Positions 50,217 through 60,319 are shown, numbered from the stretch's first letter. The stretch is 64,000 bases of DNA from an uncultured Chloroflexota bacterium (GCA_937901745.1 CALGSZ010000096.1:69750-133749), one strand, 5' to 3'. Notes: generated by a model from the letters alone, not told the origin. Numbers and translations: made by a program.

Positions 50217-50547
50217 CGTCTGCCGCCCAGTCACAGCTCGGGCAACGCGCTGACGTGGAAGGTGACTAGGATCACCGTGGTCGGCGCGCGGCTTCACGTT
50301 GCAGGATTCGTGGGATGCCCGGGCTGGCGAACTGGCTTCGAAGCCAGCTCCTCCAGGCGAATAGCGTGACGCTTTGGCCACTAGGGGAAACGCGCTCAGT
50401 GCGCGCCAACCGTCAAAGATTCGCGTTGCATTCGTTGTGCAGATTCGTGCCAAGGGGTATAACTGACGAAACAGCCAATGAGCCAGAGGGTCTGAAACCC
50501 GGAAGCCGCGGGAAACTATCGGCATCACGCCTCTAGAGGCTTTACAC

Positions 50548-51948
50548 ATGCGACGGATTCTGATTGCAGATGACGAGCCCTCGGTCCGCGATGTGCTGCG
50601 GAACCTGATGGAAGACGAGGGCTATGAGGTCAGCGAGGCGGGCAGCGGCGACGAGGTCCTGGCCGCGCTATCCACGCCCGGCAACGGCTCGCCCGATCTC
50701 GTCATCATGGATGTCTATATGCCCGGCAAGAGCGGGTTGGACGTGCTACGCGAGGTGCGAAAGGGAACCGGCCAAGCGGCTGGCGCTCAGCTGCCGGTGC
50801 TGGTGATTACCGGGCGCGGCACTTCCAAGACCGCCATCGAAGCCATCCAGCTTGGCGCCTACGACTACATCACCAAGCCGTTCGACATCGACGATGTGGC
50901 CGTCACCGTCAAGCGGTTCTTCGAGTGGCAGGACCTGAACGAGCAGGTCGTGAACCTCTCGACCCAGCTCGGTGAGCGCGACCCGGACGAAGTCTTGATC
51001 GGCAACAGCCCGGCGATGCAGGAGGTCTACAAGACGATCGGGCGCGTTGCCCGCTCCGACGCGACCGTCCTCATCTCCGGCGAGACGGGAACCGGCAAAG
51101 AGCTCGTCGCGACGATCCTACACCGCACCTCGAGCTATTCGCGCGGCCCGCTGATCAAAGTGAACTGCGCCGCCCTCCCGGAGACGCTGCTCGAGAGCGA
51201 GCTCTTCGGCCATGAGAAGGGCGCGTTCACCGGGGCGGTCACCCAGCGCAAGGGCCGGTTCGAGATGGCCCACAAGGGGACAATCTTCCTCGACGAGATC
51301 GGCGAGATGACGCTCGCCACGCAGAAGAAGCTCCTGCGAGTTCTCCAAGAACGGGAATTCGAGCGCGTCGGCGGATCAACGACGGTCAAGGTCGATACTC
51401 GCGTCATCGCGGCGACCAACAAGAATTTGCAGCATGAGATCGCGGAGGGCCGGTTCCGCGAGGATCTCTACTACCGGCTGAATGTGATCTCGATCTACCT
51501 GCCGCCGCTGCGCGATCGGGGCGACGACATTCGCCTGCTTGTCGAGCACTTCCTTCACAAGCACCGCGCCTATCCCGGCGCGCCTCCCGCTCGGATCAGC
51601 GAGGGGGCAATGGAGGCGCTGCGCTCCTACCACTGGCCAGGCAACGTGCGCGAGTTGGAGAACGTGATCGAGCGAGCCGTCATCCTCTCGCAAGGCGGCG
51701 TCATTACGGAAGATCTGATCAACTTCAGCGGCGCCGACAATCGCCGGTTCATTGATATCAGCCAGCGCCTGCGCGAGGGGATGCGCTTGAGTGACCTCCT
51801 GGCCGATGTCGAGCGCCAGGCTGTCGCGGAAGCGCTCAATCTGACGCAGGGAGACCGCGTCGCCGCGGCGGCGATGCTTGGCGTCCGGCTCGAGGAGCTT
51901 CAGGACCGCGTCCAGGCATTCGGCCTTGAGACGGCCACCGCTCGCTGA
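50548..51948 (+). CDS. Sigma-54-dependent response regulator (NtrC family: REC, AAA+ and Fis-type HTH)
   Basis: REC domain (ILIADDEPSVRDVL...DLVIMDVYMPGKSG), Walker A GETGTGKE, the GAFTGA loop (EKGAFTGA), Walker B IFLDEIG and a C-terminal HTH. Confidence 0.9.
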   Translation: MRRILIADDEPSVRDVLRNLMEDEGYEVSEAGSGDEVLAALSTPGNGSPDLVIMDVYMPGKSGLDVLREVRKGTGQAAGAQLPVLVITGRGTSKTAIEAIQLGAYDYITKPFDIDDVAVTVKRFFEWQDLNEQVVNLSTQLGERDPDEVLIGNSPAMQEVYKTIGRVARSDATVLISGETGTGKELVATILHRTSSYSRGPLIKVNCAALPETLLESELFGHEKGAFTGAVTQRKGRFEMAHKGTIFLDEIGEMTLATQKKLLRVLQEREFERVGGSTTVKVDTRVIAATNKNLQHEIAEGRFREDLYYRLNVISIYLPPLRDRGDDIRLLVEHFLHKHRAYPGAPPARISEGAMEALRSYHWPGNVRELENVIERAVILSQGGVITEDLINFSGADNRRFIDISQRLREGMRLSDLLADVERQAVAEALNLTQGDRVAAAAMLGVRLEELQDRVQAFGLETATAR

Positions 51949-52003
51949 GCTCGCACCGCTTCCAATCAGAGCTCGGATGGGCATGACCTTCACCGGGGAT
52001 GCC

Positions 52004-52032
52004 GAGTGAGCGGCCAGTTAGGCCGCTCACTC
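52004..52032 (+). terminator. Perfect 12-bp hairpin after the activator gene (no U-tract)
   Basis: GAGTGAGCGGCC, loop AGTTA, then GGCCGCTCACTC. Confidence 0.5.
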
Positions 52033-52320
52033 GTCGGGACTGCTCGGGAGCCAAGGGAGGAAGTTAGAGGCTGTTGGTGGCTCCTGGGGAAAGCATCGTA
52101 CGCCCTGGCGGAGCCGAGAGGTGGGCGCCGATGGTGGGCGCGGATGCTTCGCGCCAATGCAGGAGGCGGCCCCGAGCAGCTATCGAGTTAATCCGGGAGG
52201 GGTGGTTTCGGATCCCCGTTCCCGCCGATTTGCTTCATCGCACGATCTGTGCCAAACACCTCGCAGAGAGACTTCGGCAACGCCTTGAGATCGTGAAGTT
52301 TTGCTCACGCCCCTTCTCTT

Positions 52321-52335
52321 TGGCACGGGTCTTGC
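52321..52335 (+). promoter_or_regulatory. Consensus sigma-54 promoter TGGCACgggtcTTGC
   Basis: Exact match to TGGCAC-N5-TTGC, about 125 nt upstream of the REC gene ATG (52461). Confidence 0.7.
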
Positions 52336-52460
52336 GATCCCACGGTTCCGGCTGGGATGTCTTCGACCTCCCTCAGGTAAGCGATTCGGAATCACTCAAC
52401 CGGGATAGGCCGATGCGGGCATTAGTGACTGGCGACTAGACACCATGGGACGACGAACGC

Positions 52461-52859
52461 ATGAGTCATTTGATCTTGGTCGTGGATGACGAGCCTGCGA
52501 TTCGGCAGGCGGTACAGCTCGTCCTCGAAGACGAAAACTTCACAGTCGCTACCGCCCCCAACGGCGCCGCCGCTCTGGCGTTACTCGACACCATTTGTCC
52601 CGACGCAATCCTGCTCGACCTCTGCATGCCGATCATGGACGGCTATGAGTTTCTCGCCGCGTATCGCGATCGGCCGGATGGCAACGCGGTCGTCATCGTC
52701 TGCTCCACCTATGCCAGTCGATCGCGATTGCGAGAGTTGGACGCTGACGGATTCATCGGCAAGCCTTTCGATATCAACGAATTGATCGAGCTCCTTCAGA
52801 CTCTGCTCCAACAACCAGGGCGACGTCCGGCCTCCGCGGCAGCGCGCGCGGTCCCTTAG
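52461..52859 (+). CDS. Single-domain response regulator (CheY-like receiver)
   Basis: ILVVDDEPAIRQ..., the phospho-acceptor context DAILLDLCMPIMDG and a conserved K (FIGKPF). Confidence 0.9.
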   Translation: MSHLILVVDDEPAIRQAVQLVLEDENFTVATAPNGAAALALLDTICPDAILLDLCMPIMDGYEFLAAYRDRPDGNAVVIVCSTYASRSRLRELDADGFIGKPFDINELIELLQTLLQQPGRRPASAAARAVP

Positions 52860-52998
52860 GCTCCTAGCCAGCGCGTGACTAGCCCGGCAAGCCTACGGCC
52901 GATTGGTACGGTTCTTGCTGCCGCAAGCCCGCGGCGCCCTGACTTTCAGGCACAACTCACAATCGCCGCCACTTCTCACTCGCGAAAGGAGTGACAGC

Positions 52999-54381
52999 AT
53001 GGGCAGCCTCGCGCAGAGCCAACGGCGGTCGACCAGACGACGATTCCTTCAAGGCGCGGGCGCCCTGGGCACGAGCGCGCTCCTCCCGGCAATCGTCCGG
53101 GGTCGCGCCGCCGCTCAAACGCCGCCCACTTTCGACCGGGAAGCCTCGATCACCTCGTGGGGGTTCGGTGCTGAGGAAACCAACCCCATGGCCTTCACCC
53201 GAATCAATGCCTTCCGTGAGGCCTATCCATCAATCGAGCTAGAACTGGTGCCGGAGTTCGACGACCAGAAGCTGCTGACCGGCTTTGCCGCGAAGCAGCT
53301 GCCGGACCTCCTTTGGATGGATCGCTTCCGCATCGCGAGCTGGGCCGCGCGCGGCGTGCTGCAGCCACTCGATGACCTCATCGCGGCATCCGGGATCGAT
53401 CTCGAGTCGTACTACCCGGCCGCGCTCGACGAGGTCACCTACGAGGGGAAGATCTACGGCATCCCGCAGTTCATGGATGTCCGCGGGCTCTACGTCAGCC
53501 TCGACGCGCTCGGAGAAATCGGTCAGGACATCGAACAGCTCGACACATCAGACTGGGACCAGCTCGCTCGACTTGGCGCCGAGTTGCTGCGGCGCGATGG
53601 GGATCGCGTCGAGCGGTGGGGGTTCGATCACAAGCTCCAGGCGGGGCACATCTACCTGTGGTCGCAAGGCAACGGCGGCACCTTGCTGAGCGAGGACGCC
53701 CAAGAAGCGACCTTCGCCGATCCGAAGGCAGTCGAGGCGCTGGCCTGGGGCGTCGACGCCTACAAGCGTCAAGGCGGCTTCAAGCTCTACGAAGGATTCG
53801 CGACGACCTGGCAAGGGGACGAGCAGTTCGCTCGCGGCCAGGTGGCGATGACCGTCTACGAAAGCTGGATGCTCGGCATCGTGGCGCGCGTGGCGCCGGA
53901 CCTCAACTTCCGAGTGCTGCCGATCAAGGCGCGAGGCGGGGATCAGCTCGTCAGCTACAGCGGCGGTCCGGCCTGGTGCATCCCGAACGGCGCGAACGAT
54001 CCTGAAGCAGCCTGGGTCTTCATCGAGTTCATGAACCGGCTCGATACCTGGCGAACCGGCGCGGCAGGCGTCAAGGAGTTCCAGGTGAGCGAGGGGCGGC
54101 CCTATATCCCGTCGCTGACCGCGCATAAGGAAGCGGATCAGATGCAGATCGAGGAGTTCTACGAGCCGATCGCCCCGCAGCTCGACGAAGCCGTCCAGCT
54201 CTGGCCGCGGATCCTCGAGCAGAGCTTCATTCGACCAGTCTCGAAGTCGCCAATCGGCGCTCAGCTCCACGACATCCTCCAGCAGGAGGGGGTCATGCCC
54301 GCGCTGCGCGAGGAGAAGTCGCCGGAAGATGCGATGGCGGATGCCACCCAGAGCGCCCAGGACGCGATTGACAGCCAGTAG
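52999..54381 (+). CDS. Sugar ABC transporter substrate-binding protein (family 1), Tat signal
   Basis: The ATG at 52999 is preceded by AAAGGAG. Signal RRSTRRRFLQGAGALGTSAL. Confidence 0.85.
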   Translation: MGSLAQSQRRSTRRRFLQGAGALGTSALLPAIVRGRAAAQTPPTFDREASITSWGFGAEETNPMAFTRINAFREAYPSIELELVPEFDDQKLLTGFAAKQLPDLLWMDRFRIASWAARGVLQPLDDLIAASGIDLESYYPAALDEVTYEGKIYGIPQFMDVRGLYVSLDALGEIGQDIEQLDTSDWDQLARLGAELLRRDGDRVERWGFDHKLQAGHIYLWSQGNGGTLLSEDAQEATFADPKAVEALAWGVDAYKRQGGFKLYEGFATTWQGDEQFARGQVAMTVYESWMLGIVARVAPDLNFRVLPIKARGGDQLVSYSGGPAWCIPNGANDPEAAWVFIEFMNRLDTWRTGAAGVKEFQVSEGRPYIPSLTAHKEADQMQIEEFYEPIAPQLDEAVQLWPRILEQSFIRPVSKSPIGAQLHDILQQEGVMPALREEKSPEDAMADATQSAQDAIDSQ

Positions 54382-54494
54382 CGCAACCAGTCGCAGCGGG
54401 ATTCGACCGCGCTCAATTGCCGCCGTGCCCGGCACCCGCCGCGCGTGGACGATGAGCGGAAGGGACCGCGCTGCCCAAAGGGAGTTTCCTGCCG

Positions 54495-55403
54495 ATGGCG
54501 TACCTGACCACGCCGCGCCGCCGTGCATCTGACGAGACGATCGCCGGCTGGCTGGCGATCAGCCCGTGGCTCGTAGGCTTCGCGATCTTCACCCTCGGCC
54601 CGGTCGCGGCCTCGCTCTACTTCAGCTTCACGAAGTACGACGTGCTCTCGGATCCGGTATGGATCGGGCTGGCGAACTATCGCGAGCTGCTGACCGACGA
54701 TCCCTTGTTCGTCAAGGCAATCCGCAATACTGTCGTCTACACGCTCCTTTACGTGCCGCTCCACATCGTGACGGCGCTCGGGGTGGCGCTTCTGCTGAAC
54801 CAGGCGCGGCACTTCACCGGGGTCTTTCGGACGCTCTTCTACCTGCCCTCGATCACGCCGGCCGTCGCCACAGCCTATCTCTGGATCGGCATCCTCAACC
54901 CGAACGACGGCATCGTCAATCGCGCCCTGCGGGCCGTCGGGCTGCCGGCGCCTGCCTGGACGGTCGATCCCTTCTGGACGAAGCCGACGATCGTGGTCTC
55001 TCAGATCTGGCTGCTCGGCGGGGCGATGATCATCTTTCTCGCCGGGCTGCGTGGCGTGCCAGTCGTCCTCTATGAGGCGGCGAAGCTCGACGGGGCGAAC
55101 GCCTGGCAGCGGCTGCGCGACGTCACCTTGCCAATGCTCTCAGGCGTCACGTTCTTCATCGCGACAGTCAGCACGATCAATGCGCTGCAAGTGTTCACGC
55201 AGGGGTATGTGATGTTCGACCGCAACGGCGGACCGGGCGGCTCGGCGCTCTTCATCATCATGTACCTCTTCAAGAACGCCTTCGAGTATTTCCGGATGGG
55301 CTACGCCTCGGCCATCGCCTGGCTCGTTTTCCTGCTCATCCTGGCGCTAACGCTGGTCCAGTTCCGGTTGGCGAAGCGCTGGGTCTTCTACGAGACGGAA
55401 TGA
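54495..55403 (+). CDS. Sugar ABC transporter permease
   Basis: MalF/UgpA-like profile with EAA region (YEAAKLDGANAWQR). Confidence 0.9.
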   Translation: MAYLTTPRRRASDETIAGWLAISPWLVGFAIFTLGPVAASLYFSFTKYDVLSDPVWIGLANYRELLTDDPLFVKAIRNTVVYTLLYVPLHIVTALGVALLLNQARHFTGVFRTLFYLPSITPAVATAYLWIGILNPNDGIVNRALRAVGLPAPAWTVDPFWTKPTIVVSQIWLLGGAMIIFLAGLRGVPVVLYEAAKLDGANAWQRLRDVTLPMLSGVTFFIATVSTINALQVFTQGYVMFDRNGGPGGSALFIIMYLFKNAFEYFRMGYASAIAWLVFLLILALTLVQFRLAKRWVFYETE

Positions 55404-55429
55404 GCGCCGGAGAAAGGAGGTAGGCACGG

Positions 55430-56317
55430 ATGGCCACGACGATGCCGGTCCGCGAGGCCGCCACGCCTCGGCGAGAGACGGAGCGGCAGCCCGGCGAGCG
55501 CCGACTGGATTGGCGTCAGGCAGCGGTCTATGCCGCGCTCATCGCGCTTGCCACCCTCTTCACCATCCCCTTTCTCTGGCTGATCTCAACCTCGCTCAAG
55601 CCGCCCGATCAGGTCTTCTCCGACGAGTGGATCCCTAACGTCATCGCCTTCGACAACTACGCGGATGTCTTTCGCTACGCGCCGGTTTTCCGCTGGCTCA
55701 GGAATAGCTTCCTCGTGGCGACGCTCGGCGCGGCGAGCGTGGTGTTCTCCAGCGCTCTCGTCGCCTATGGCTTCGCGCGCCTGCGATTTCGCGGCCGGCG
55801 CGTCCTCTTCGCGCTGGTTATCGGGACCTATATGATCCCCACCGCCGTGACAATGGTGCCGACGTTCCTGATTTGGAACGAGCTTGGCGCGGTCGGGACG
55901 TACTACCCGCTGTGGGCCGGCAACCTCTTCGGCTCGGCGTTCTACATCTTCATGCTGCGGCAGTTCTTCCTGACGATCCCTCAGGATCTCGTTGACGCTG
56001 CCCGAGTCGACGGAGCGGGGTACTTTCGGATCTTCGCCGGCGTCCTCTTGCCATTGCTGAAGCCGGCCATGGCCGCGGTCGCGATCTTCGAGTTCCAGGC
56101 GAAGTGGAACGATTTCATGACCCCGCTGATCTATCTCAACAAGCCGGCGATGTACACGATGGCGCTCGGGCTCGGGTCGTTCAAGTCGGAGTATGAGACG
56201 CAGTGGGCGCTGTGGATGGCGGCGTCAGTCATCTTCACGGTGCCAATGATCCTCCTCTTCTTCCTGGCGCAGCGATTCTTCATCGAGGGGATTGCGACTT
56301 CCGGGATCAAGGGGTAG
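55430..56317 (+). CDS. Carbohydrate ABC transporter permease
   Basis: MalG/UgpE-like profile with EAA region (DAARVDGAGYFRIF). Confidence 0.9.
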   Translation: MATTMPVREAATPRRETERQPGERRLDWRQAAVYAALIALATLFTIPFLWLISTSLKPPDQVFSDEWIPNVIAFDNYADVFRYAPVFRWLRNSFLVATLGAASVVFSSALVAYGFARLRFRGRRVLFALVIGTYMIPTAVTMVPTFLIWNELGAVGTYYPLWAGNLFGSAFYIFMLRQFFLTIPQDLVDAARVDGAGYFRIFAGVLLPLLKPAMAAVAIFEFQAKWNDFMTPLIYLNKPAMYTMALGLGSFKSEYETQWALWMAASVIFTVPMILLFFLAQRFFIEGIATSGIKG

Positions 56318-56420
56318 CCGTGGCGGCAAGCAGGAGGCGACGCGCTTCGCGTGGGGTAACCTTTGAGCCGGTACGCCGCAGACGACGTTAGCCGTTTTTC
56401 CGTAAACCTTCGGGGAAATC

Positions 56421-56654
56421 ATGACGATTGAGACTCGACCTCGTTGGCTGGTTTGGCATCATCGCTGGACATTGCGCCTCGTCCTCTTCGCCGCGACACT
56501 CGCCCTGCTCACGCTTTTCTCCGCGGCGAACTATGTCCTCGTTGACCTGCGCTTGCTGATCTGGGAAGGCGACGTCCGTCTCTGCTGGGCGCTTCTCATG
56601 GCTGCCGGTATTGGATTTGTGCTCGGTCTCCTGGCTCCGCGGTTGCTGCGCTGA
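56421..56654 (+). CDS. Small LapA/DUF1049-like membrane protein
   Basis: 77 aa with two TM helices and the VDLRLL motif context typical of LapA-domain proteins. Confidence 0.5.
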   Translation: MTIETRPRWLVWHHRWTLRLVLFAATLALLTLFSAANYVLVDLRLLIWEGDVRLCWALLMAAGIGFVLGLLAPRLLR

Positions 56655-57570
56655 CCGGAGTCGCCTCCGCCGCCGGTCGCCAGAGGCGCTCCAAAGGCTG
56701 CCGCTCGCGTCGCGTCGGTCCGAGCAGCCTCAGGATCGCCAGGTTGTCAGTGGTGATGGCATCGACCCCAAGCTGGACCAGCTCGTTGACACGCTCGATG
56801 TCGTTGACCGTCCACGCGGCGATGAGCAGATTGTGCTCCTCCAGCCAAGCCGCCCGCTCCTCATCGAGCAGGCCGTGCTGAATCGAGACGCCGTCAATAA
56901 CCTCGGCCAGACTCGGATCCTCCTCCAGCACGCGAAACCGGGAGCCGGTCGCGATGCTGAAGAACCGCCAGACATCTGGCTCGCGTTCCGCAAAGACGCG
57001 TAAGACGTTGGGCTCAGCCGAGACGACGATCACCTGGCGCTGTCCGCGACGTTGGGCCAGGAAGTCGAAGACAAGCTCGAGAAACTCCGGTGTACTGGAT
57101 TTCAGGTCCAGCTTGATGGCATCCGCGCCCGCGGCCGCGATCCAGATCCGCTCCAGCGGCGGTCCACGAAAGACCACGCCGCCGAACCAAGGCACGGGCG
57201 CGGCGTGCGCCGCGTACAGCCGGCCGTTCAGCGGGACGACGTCGACTTCGATGATGTTGGCGTCGAAGGCGAGGGCTTCGAGCGTGGACTCGACGCTGTT
57301 CCCCGAGTTGTGCGCAATCGCATAGACCTGGGAGTAATCATCCAAGAGCTCCGCGTCGAAGTCCTGGTAGAACTGGACCGGCCGCAGGCCGCTGGTCAGC
57401 TCCGAACCGCGCTCCGGATCGAAGATCAGGATCCGGAGGAAGGCGAGGCAGGCAGCGATGACGACGAGCGCGGCGAGGACGATCACGCCTTCGACGACCG
57501 CGACGATCAGCCGTGCCCGATCCCGCCACGTCGCGCGTTTCGCCGTCCTCTGCTGCGTGGTGTCGGTCAT
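56596..57570 (-). CDS. Glycerophosphodiester phosphodiesterase family protein, membrane-anchored
   Basis: N-terminal TM helix, then GDPD motifs (AHNSGN, EVDV, AWTVND, GVDAITTDN). Confidence 0.75.
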   Translation of the reverse strand: MTDTTQQRTAKRATWRDRARLIVAVVEGVIVLAALVVIAACLAFLRILIFDPERGSELTSGLRPVQFYQDFDAELLDDYSQVYAIAHNSGNSVESTLEALAFDANIIEVDVVPLNGRLYAAHAAPVPWFGGVVFRGPPLERIWIAAAGADAIKLDLKSSTPEFLELVFDFLAQRRGQRQVIVVSAEPNVLRVFAEREPDVWRFFSIATGSRFRVLEEDPSLAEVIDGVSIQHGLLDEERAAWLEEHNLLIAAWTVNDIERVNELVQLGVDAITTDNLAILRLLGPTRRERQPLERLWRPAAEATPVSAATAEPGDRAQIQYRQP

Positions 57571-57817
57571 GCGCTACCTCCTCCGCGCCACGACCTCCGC
57601 TGCATCACCTGAACGTGGTGACCGTCTCCCACGGAGACGGACGAGCAGCCCCCGCCCATCGCGGGAAATTAGGGAGCGCCGATCTGGCGCGGCCTGATTC
57701 CGCTTACCAATATTGGGGCGTGGAGCGCTAGCGCATGCGTGGATCGTTAGCCGGATACTTCCTAGAAGGCTCGGAGGGAAATGCATCGCAATCCGCGACG
57801 TCACGCTTTCGCGGGAC

Positions 57818-58912
57818 TTAGGGCGAATCGCCGCCAGAGCATTCGAGTAGGGCGAGAATCAGCGCTTCCTCCTGTTCCAGGTCATCGCTGGTTGACTCGA
57901 CCATCGAGAGGGCGCCGGCGAGATAGGCGTCGAGCACCGAGGGGTGGACGTAGTACTTGCGGCAAATCGTCGGCGTATTGCCGAGGCATCGCGCGACGGC
58001 TTCGATCGCCTCAACGATGCGGCGCTTGGCATCGCCGTCAGATTCCGGGCGCTCCTCCGCTTGCAACTCGCGTGCGCAGAGCACCGTCCCTGCCCAGGTG
58101 CGGAAATCCTTGGCGGTGAAATCGTCGCCAGTTGCCTCCCGGAGATAGGCGTTGACGTCGGCCGAGCCGATCGTGCTCGGTTCCCCGGTCTCGTCGAGAT
58201 ATTGAAAGAGCTCCTGGCCTGGAAGATCGCGGCACCGCTTGACGATGCCGGCGAGGCGACGGTCGCGGAGGTCGACACTGTGCTCCTTGCCGCTCTTTCC
58301 TCGAAAACTGAAGCGCAGCGACGCACCGTTCACCTCCACATGATCGTCGCGCATTGTCGTCAGGCCGAACGAGTCGTTCGAGCGGGCATACTCGGTGTTG
58401 CCGACGCGGATCATCGTCTGCTCAAGCAGCTGCACGACGGCCGCCAGCACCTTCTCGCGCGGCAACCCAGGTCGGGCCAGATCGGCGGCGACGCGCTGGC
58501 GCAACGCCGGGAGCGCACGCCCAAAGGCGAGCATCCGGTTGAATTTCGTCTCGTCGCGCACCTCGCGCCAGCGCGAGTGGTAACGGTATTGCTTCCGGCC
58601 GCGCGCGTCTCGACCAGTCGCCTGTAGGTGCCCGTTCGACAGCGGACTGATCCAGACGTCGGTCCAGGCTGGCGGGATGCCGAGCGCCTTGATCCGCTTC
58701 AGCGTCGCTCGATCGCGGACTGGCCGCCCGTCAGCGTCTCGGTAGCGAAAGCCGCGTCCCGCTCGCTCGCGCCGGATTCCGGGCATTGCATCCGTCACGT
58801 AGCGCAGGCCGGCGGACTTTGCCGTGGCAGCCGCGTCGGCCGTACCCGCCGCATCGGCCGTTGGGGCAGCATCGCTGCGGCGATTCGGTACCGTCGCTGG
58901 GATGATGGCCAT
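57818..58912 (-). CDS. DNA topoisomerase IB
   Basis: The ATG at 58912 is preceded by GGAGAAGGAG. Conserved blocks: LRYVTD..PGIRRE, IPPAWTDVWI, GRDARGRKQYRYH, and the C-terminal catalytic region (CRKYYVHP). Confidence 0.85.
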   Translation of the reverse strand: MAIIPATVPNRRSDAAPTADAAGTADAAATAKSAGLRYVTDAMPGIRRERAGRGFRYRDADGRPVRDRATLKRIKALGIPPAWTDVWISPLSNGHLQATGRDARGRKQYRYHSRWREVRDETKFNRMLAFGRALPALRQRVAADLARPGLPREKVLAAVVQLLEQTMIRVGNTEYARSNDSFGLTTMRDDHVEVNGASLRFSFRGKSGKEHSVDLRDRRLAGIVKRCRDLPGQELFQYLDETGEPSTIGSADVNAYLREATGDDFTAKDFRTWAGTVLCARELQAEERPESDGDAKRRIVEAIEAVARCLGNTPTICRKYYVHPSVLDAYLAGALSMVESTSDDLEQEEALILALLECSGGDSP

Positions 58913-59119
58913 CTCCTTCTCCACTGCGCCAACATGCGTGACGGGCCACGGTCGGCGTTTCCTAGCGGCGCGAAGAGTGCAGATAACGTGCCATCTGAAT
59001 CGAGCGGCCGTTGCCGTCGCCCAGATCACCCTCACGCGCTACCTTCGGCCCACCGTGGAAGCTCAAACGAGTATTCTCAGATCAACAGTGGCGCCCGTCA
59101 CGCCTTCTGGAGGAACGTC

Positions 59120-60220
59120 ATGACCGTCCTGCCCCGCGTTCTCCCGTTCGTGCTTGCTGTCCTCGTTGCGCTCGGCCCGTTCGCGCCATCCGCCGTTTCC
59201 GCCCAAGTAAGACCACGCCGCGACTACTGGCCGACCGTGGAGTGGCGGAAGGCCGGTCCAGATCGGATGGGCGTGGACCGGGAGGCGGTGCGCCTCGCCG
59301 GCGATGTCATCGCTCGCGATCTCCCGCACGTCACCGGTCTGGTTGTCGTCCGGCACGGCTACATCGTCCACGAGCGATATTTCGGCGACAGCTACGGGCG
59401 CGACGATCCCGTCAACGTTCGCTCGATCACCAAGAGCGTGATCGGCACGCTGATCGGCATCGCCGTGGCCGAGGGCAAGCTGAAGCTCGACCAGACGCTC
59501 GGCGAGCTGATCCCCGACCGCATCCCTCCGGAAGCGGATCCCCGGACGCGAGAGATCACCGTCCGCCACCTGCTGACGATGACGTCTGGCTGGGCGTGGG
59601 ATATCGGGACGGACTATCAGCGCCTGATCGCCAGCGATGATTGGGCGCGGCTCACGCTGAGCTTGCCTGTGGTCTACGAGCCGGGCACGTTCTACGCCTA
59701 CAACACGGGTGGATCGCACCTGCTGTCCATCATCCTCAGCGAGGTGACCGGGCAAGACACGGCGGACTATGCCCAGGAAAAACTCTTCGATCCGCTCGGA
59801 ATCCCGCGTCCGAGCTGGCAGCGATCGCCGCAGGGGAAGGTCAGCGGCGGCTTCGGACTGGAGCTCACGCCGCGCGATATGGCCAAGCTCGGCGAGCTGT
59901 ACCTGAACGAAGGGCGGTGGGATGACCAGCGGATCGTCCCGGCCTCGTACATCCGCCACGCGATTTCCGTCAAGAGCTCGGGCGATTCCACCGGCGGCGC
60001 GCAGTACGGCTACCAATGGTGGGTGACCAACACGGACGGCTATCACGCCGCGTTCGCGCTCGGCTTCGGCGGGCAATACGTCTACATCGTGCCCGATCTC
60101 GATCTGACGGTCGTGATTGCCGCCGGCTTCGAGACGCCGCCGGCGGGCTTCGGTCCACCACGCCCGGTGATTGAGAACATCATTGTCCCCGCGGTCACAC
60201 CCTCGCCTGCGGCAGATTGA
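59120..60220 (+). CDS. Serine hydrolase (beta-lactamase/transpeptidase-like fold), secreted
   Basis: The ATG at 59120 is preceded by GGAGGA. Signal peptide, then the SxxK motif (RSITKSV). The track's long N-terminal extension is antisense to topIB. Confidence 0.8.
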   Translation: MTVLPRVLPFVLAVLVALGPFAPSAVSAQVRPRRDYWPTVEWRKAGPDRMGVDREAVRLAGDVIARDLPHVTGLVVVRHGYIVHERYFGDSYGRDDPVNVRSITKSVIGTLIGIAVAEGKLKLDQTLGELIPDRIPPEADPRTREITVRHLLTMTSGWAWDIGTDYQRLIASDDWARLTLSLPVVYEPGTFYAYNTGGSHLLSIILSEVTGQDTADYAQEKLFDPLGIPRPSWQRSPQGKVSGGFGLELTPRDMAKLGELYLNEGRWDDQRIVPASYIRHAISVKSSGDSTGGAQYGYQWWVTNTDGYHAAFALGFGGQYVYIVPDLDLTVVIAAGFETPPAGFGPPRPVIENIIVPAVTPSPAAD

Positions 60221-60319
60221 AAGATCGCCCGACCCCTTGAACGAACGCATGTTCTAGGGCACAATACCGCTGCGCCCCGACGGCTCATGCGGTATCGCCC
60301 GCGCACCCGTGGATCTTGG

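Noticed and set aside
50438-50452. A second sigma-54-like site on the minus strand: TGGCACgaatCTGCA.
   Set aside because: The GG-to-GC spacing is 9 rather than the near-invariant 10, and it lies more than 300 nt from the nearest start codon. I kept it only as part of the repeat and enhancer observation.
56596-56654. A 59-nt convergent overlap between the LapA-like small ORF and the GDPD gene.
   Set aside because: It is probably just a non-conserved C-terminal tail of the GDPD protein, or an over-called small ORF. Nothing suggests antisense regulation beyond the overlap itself.
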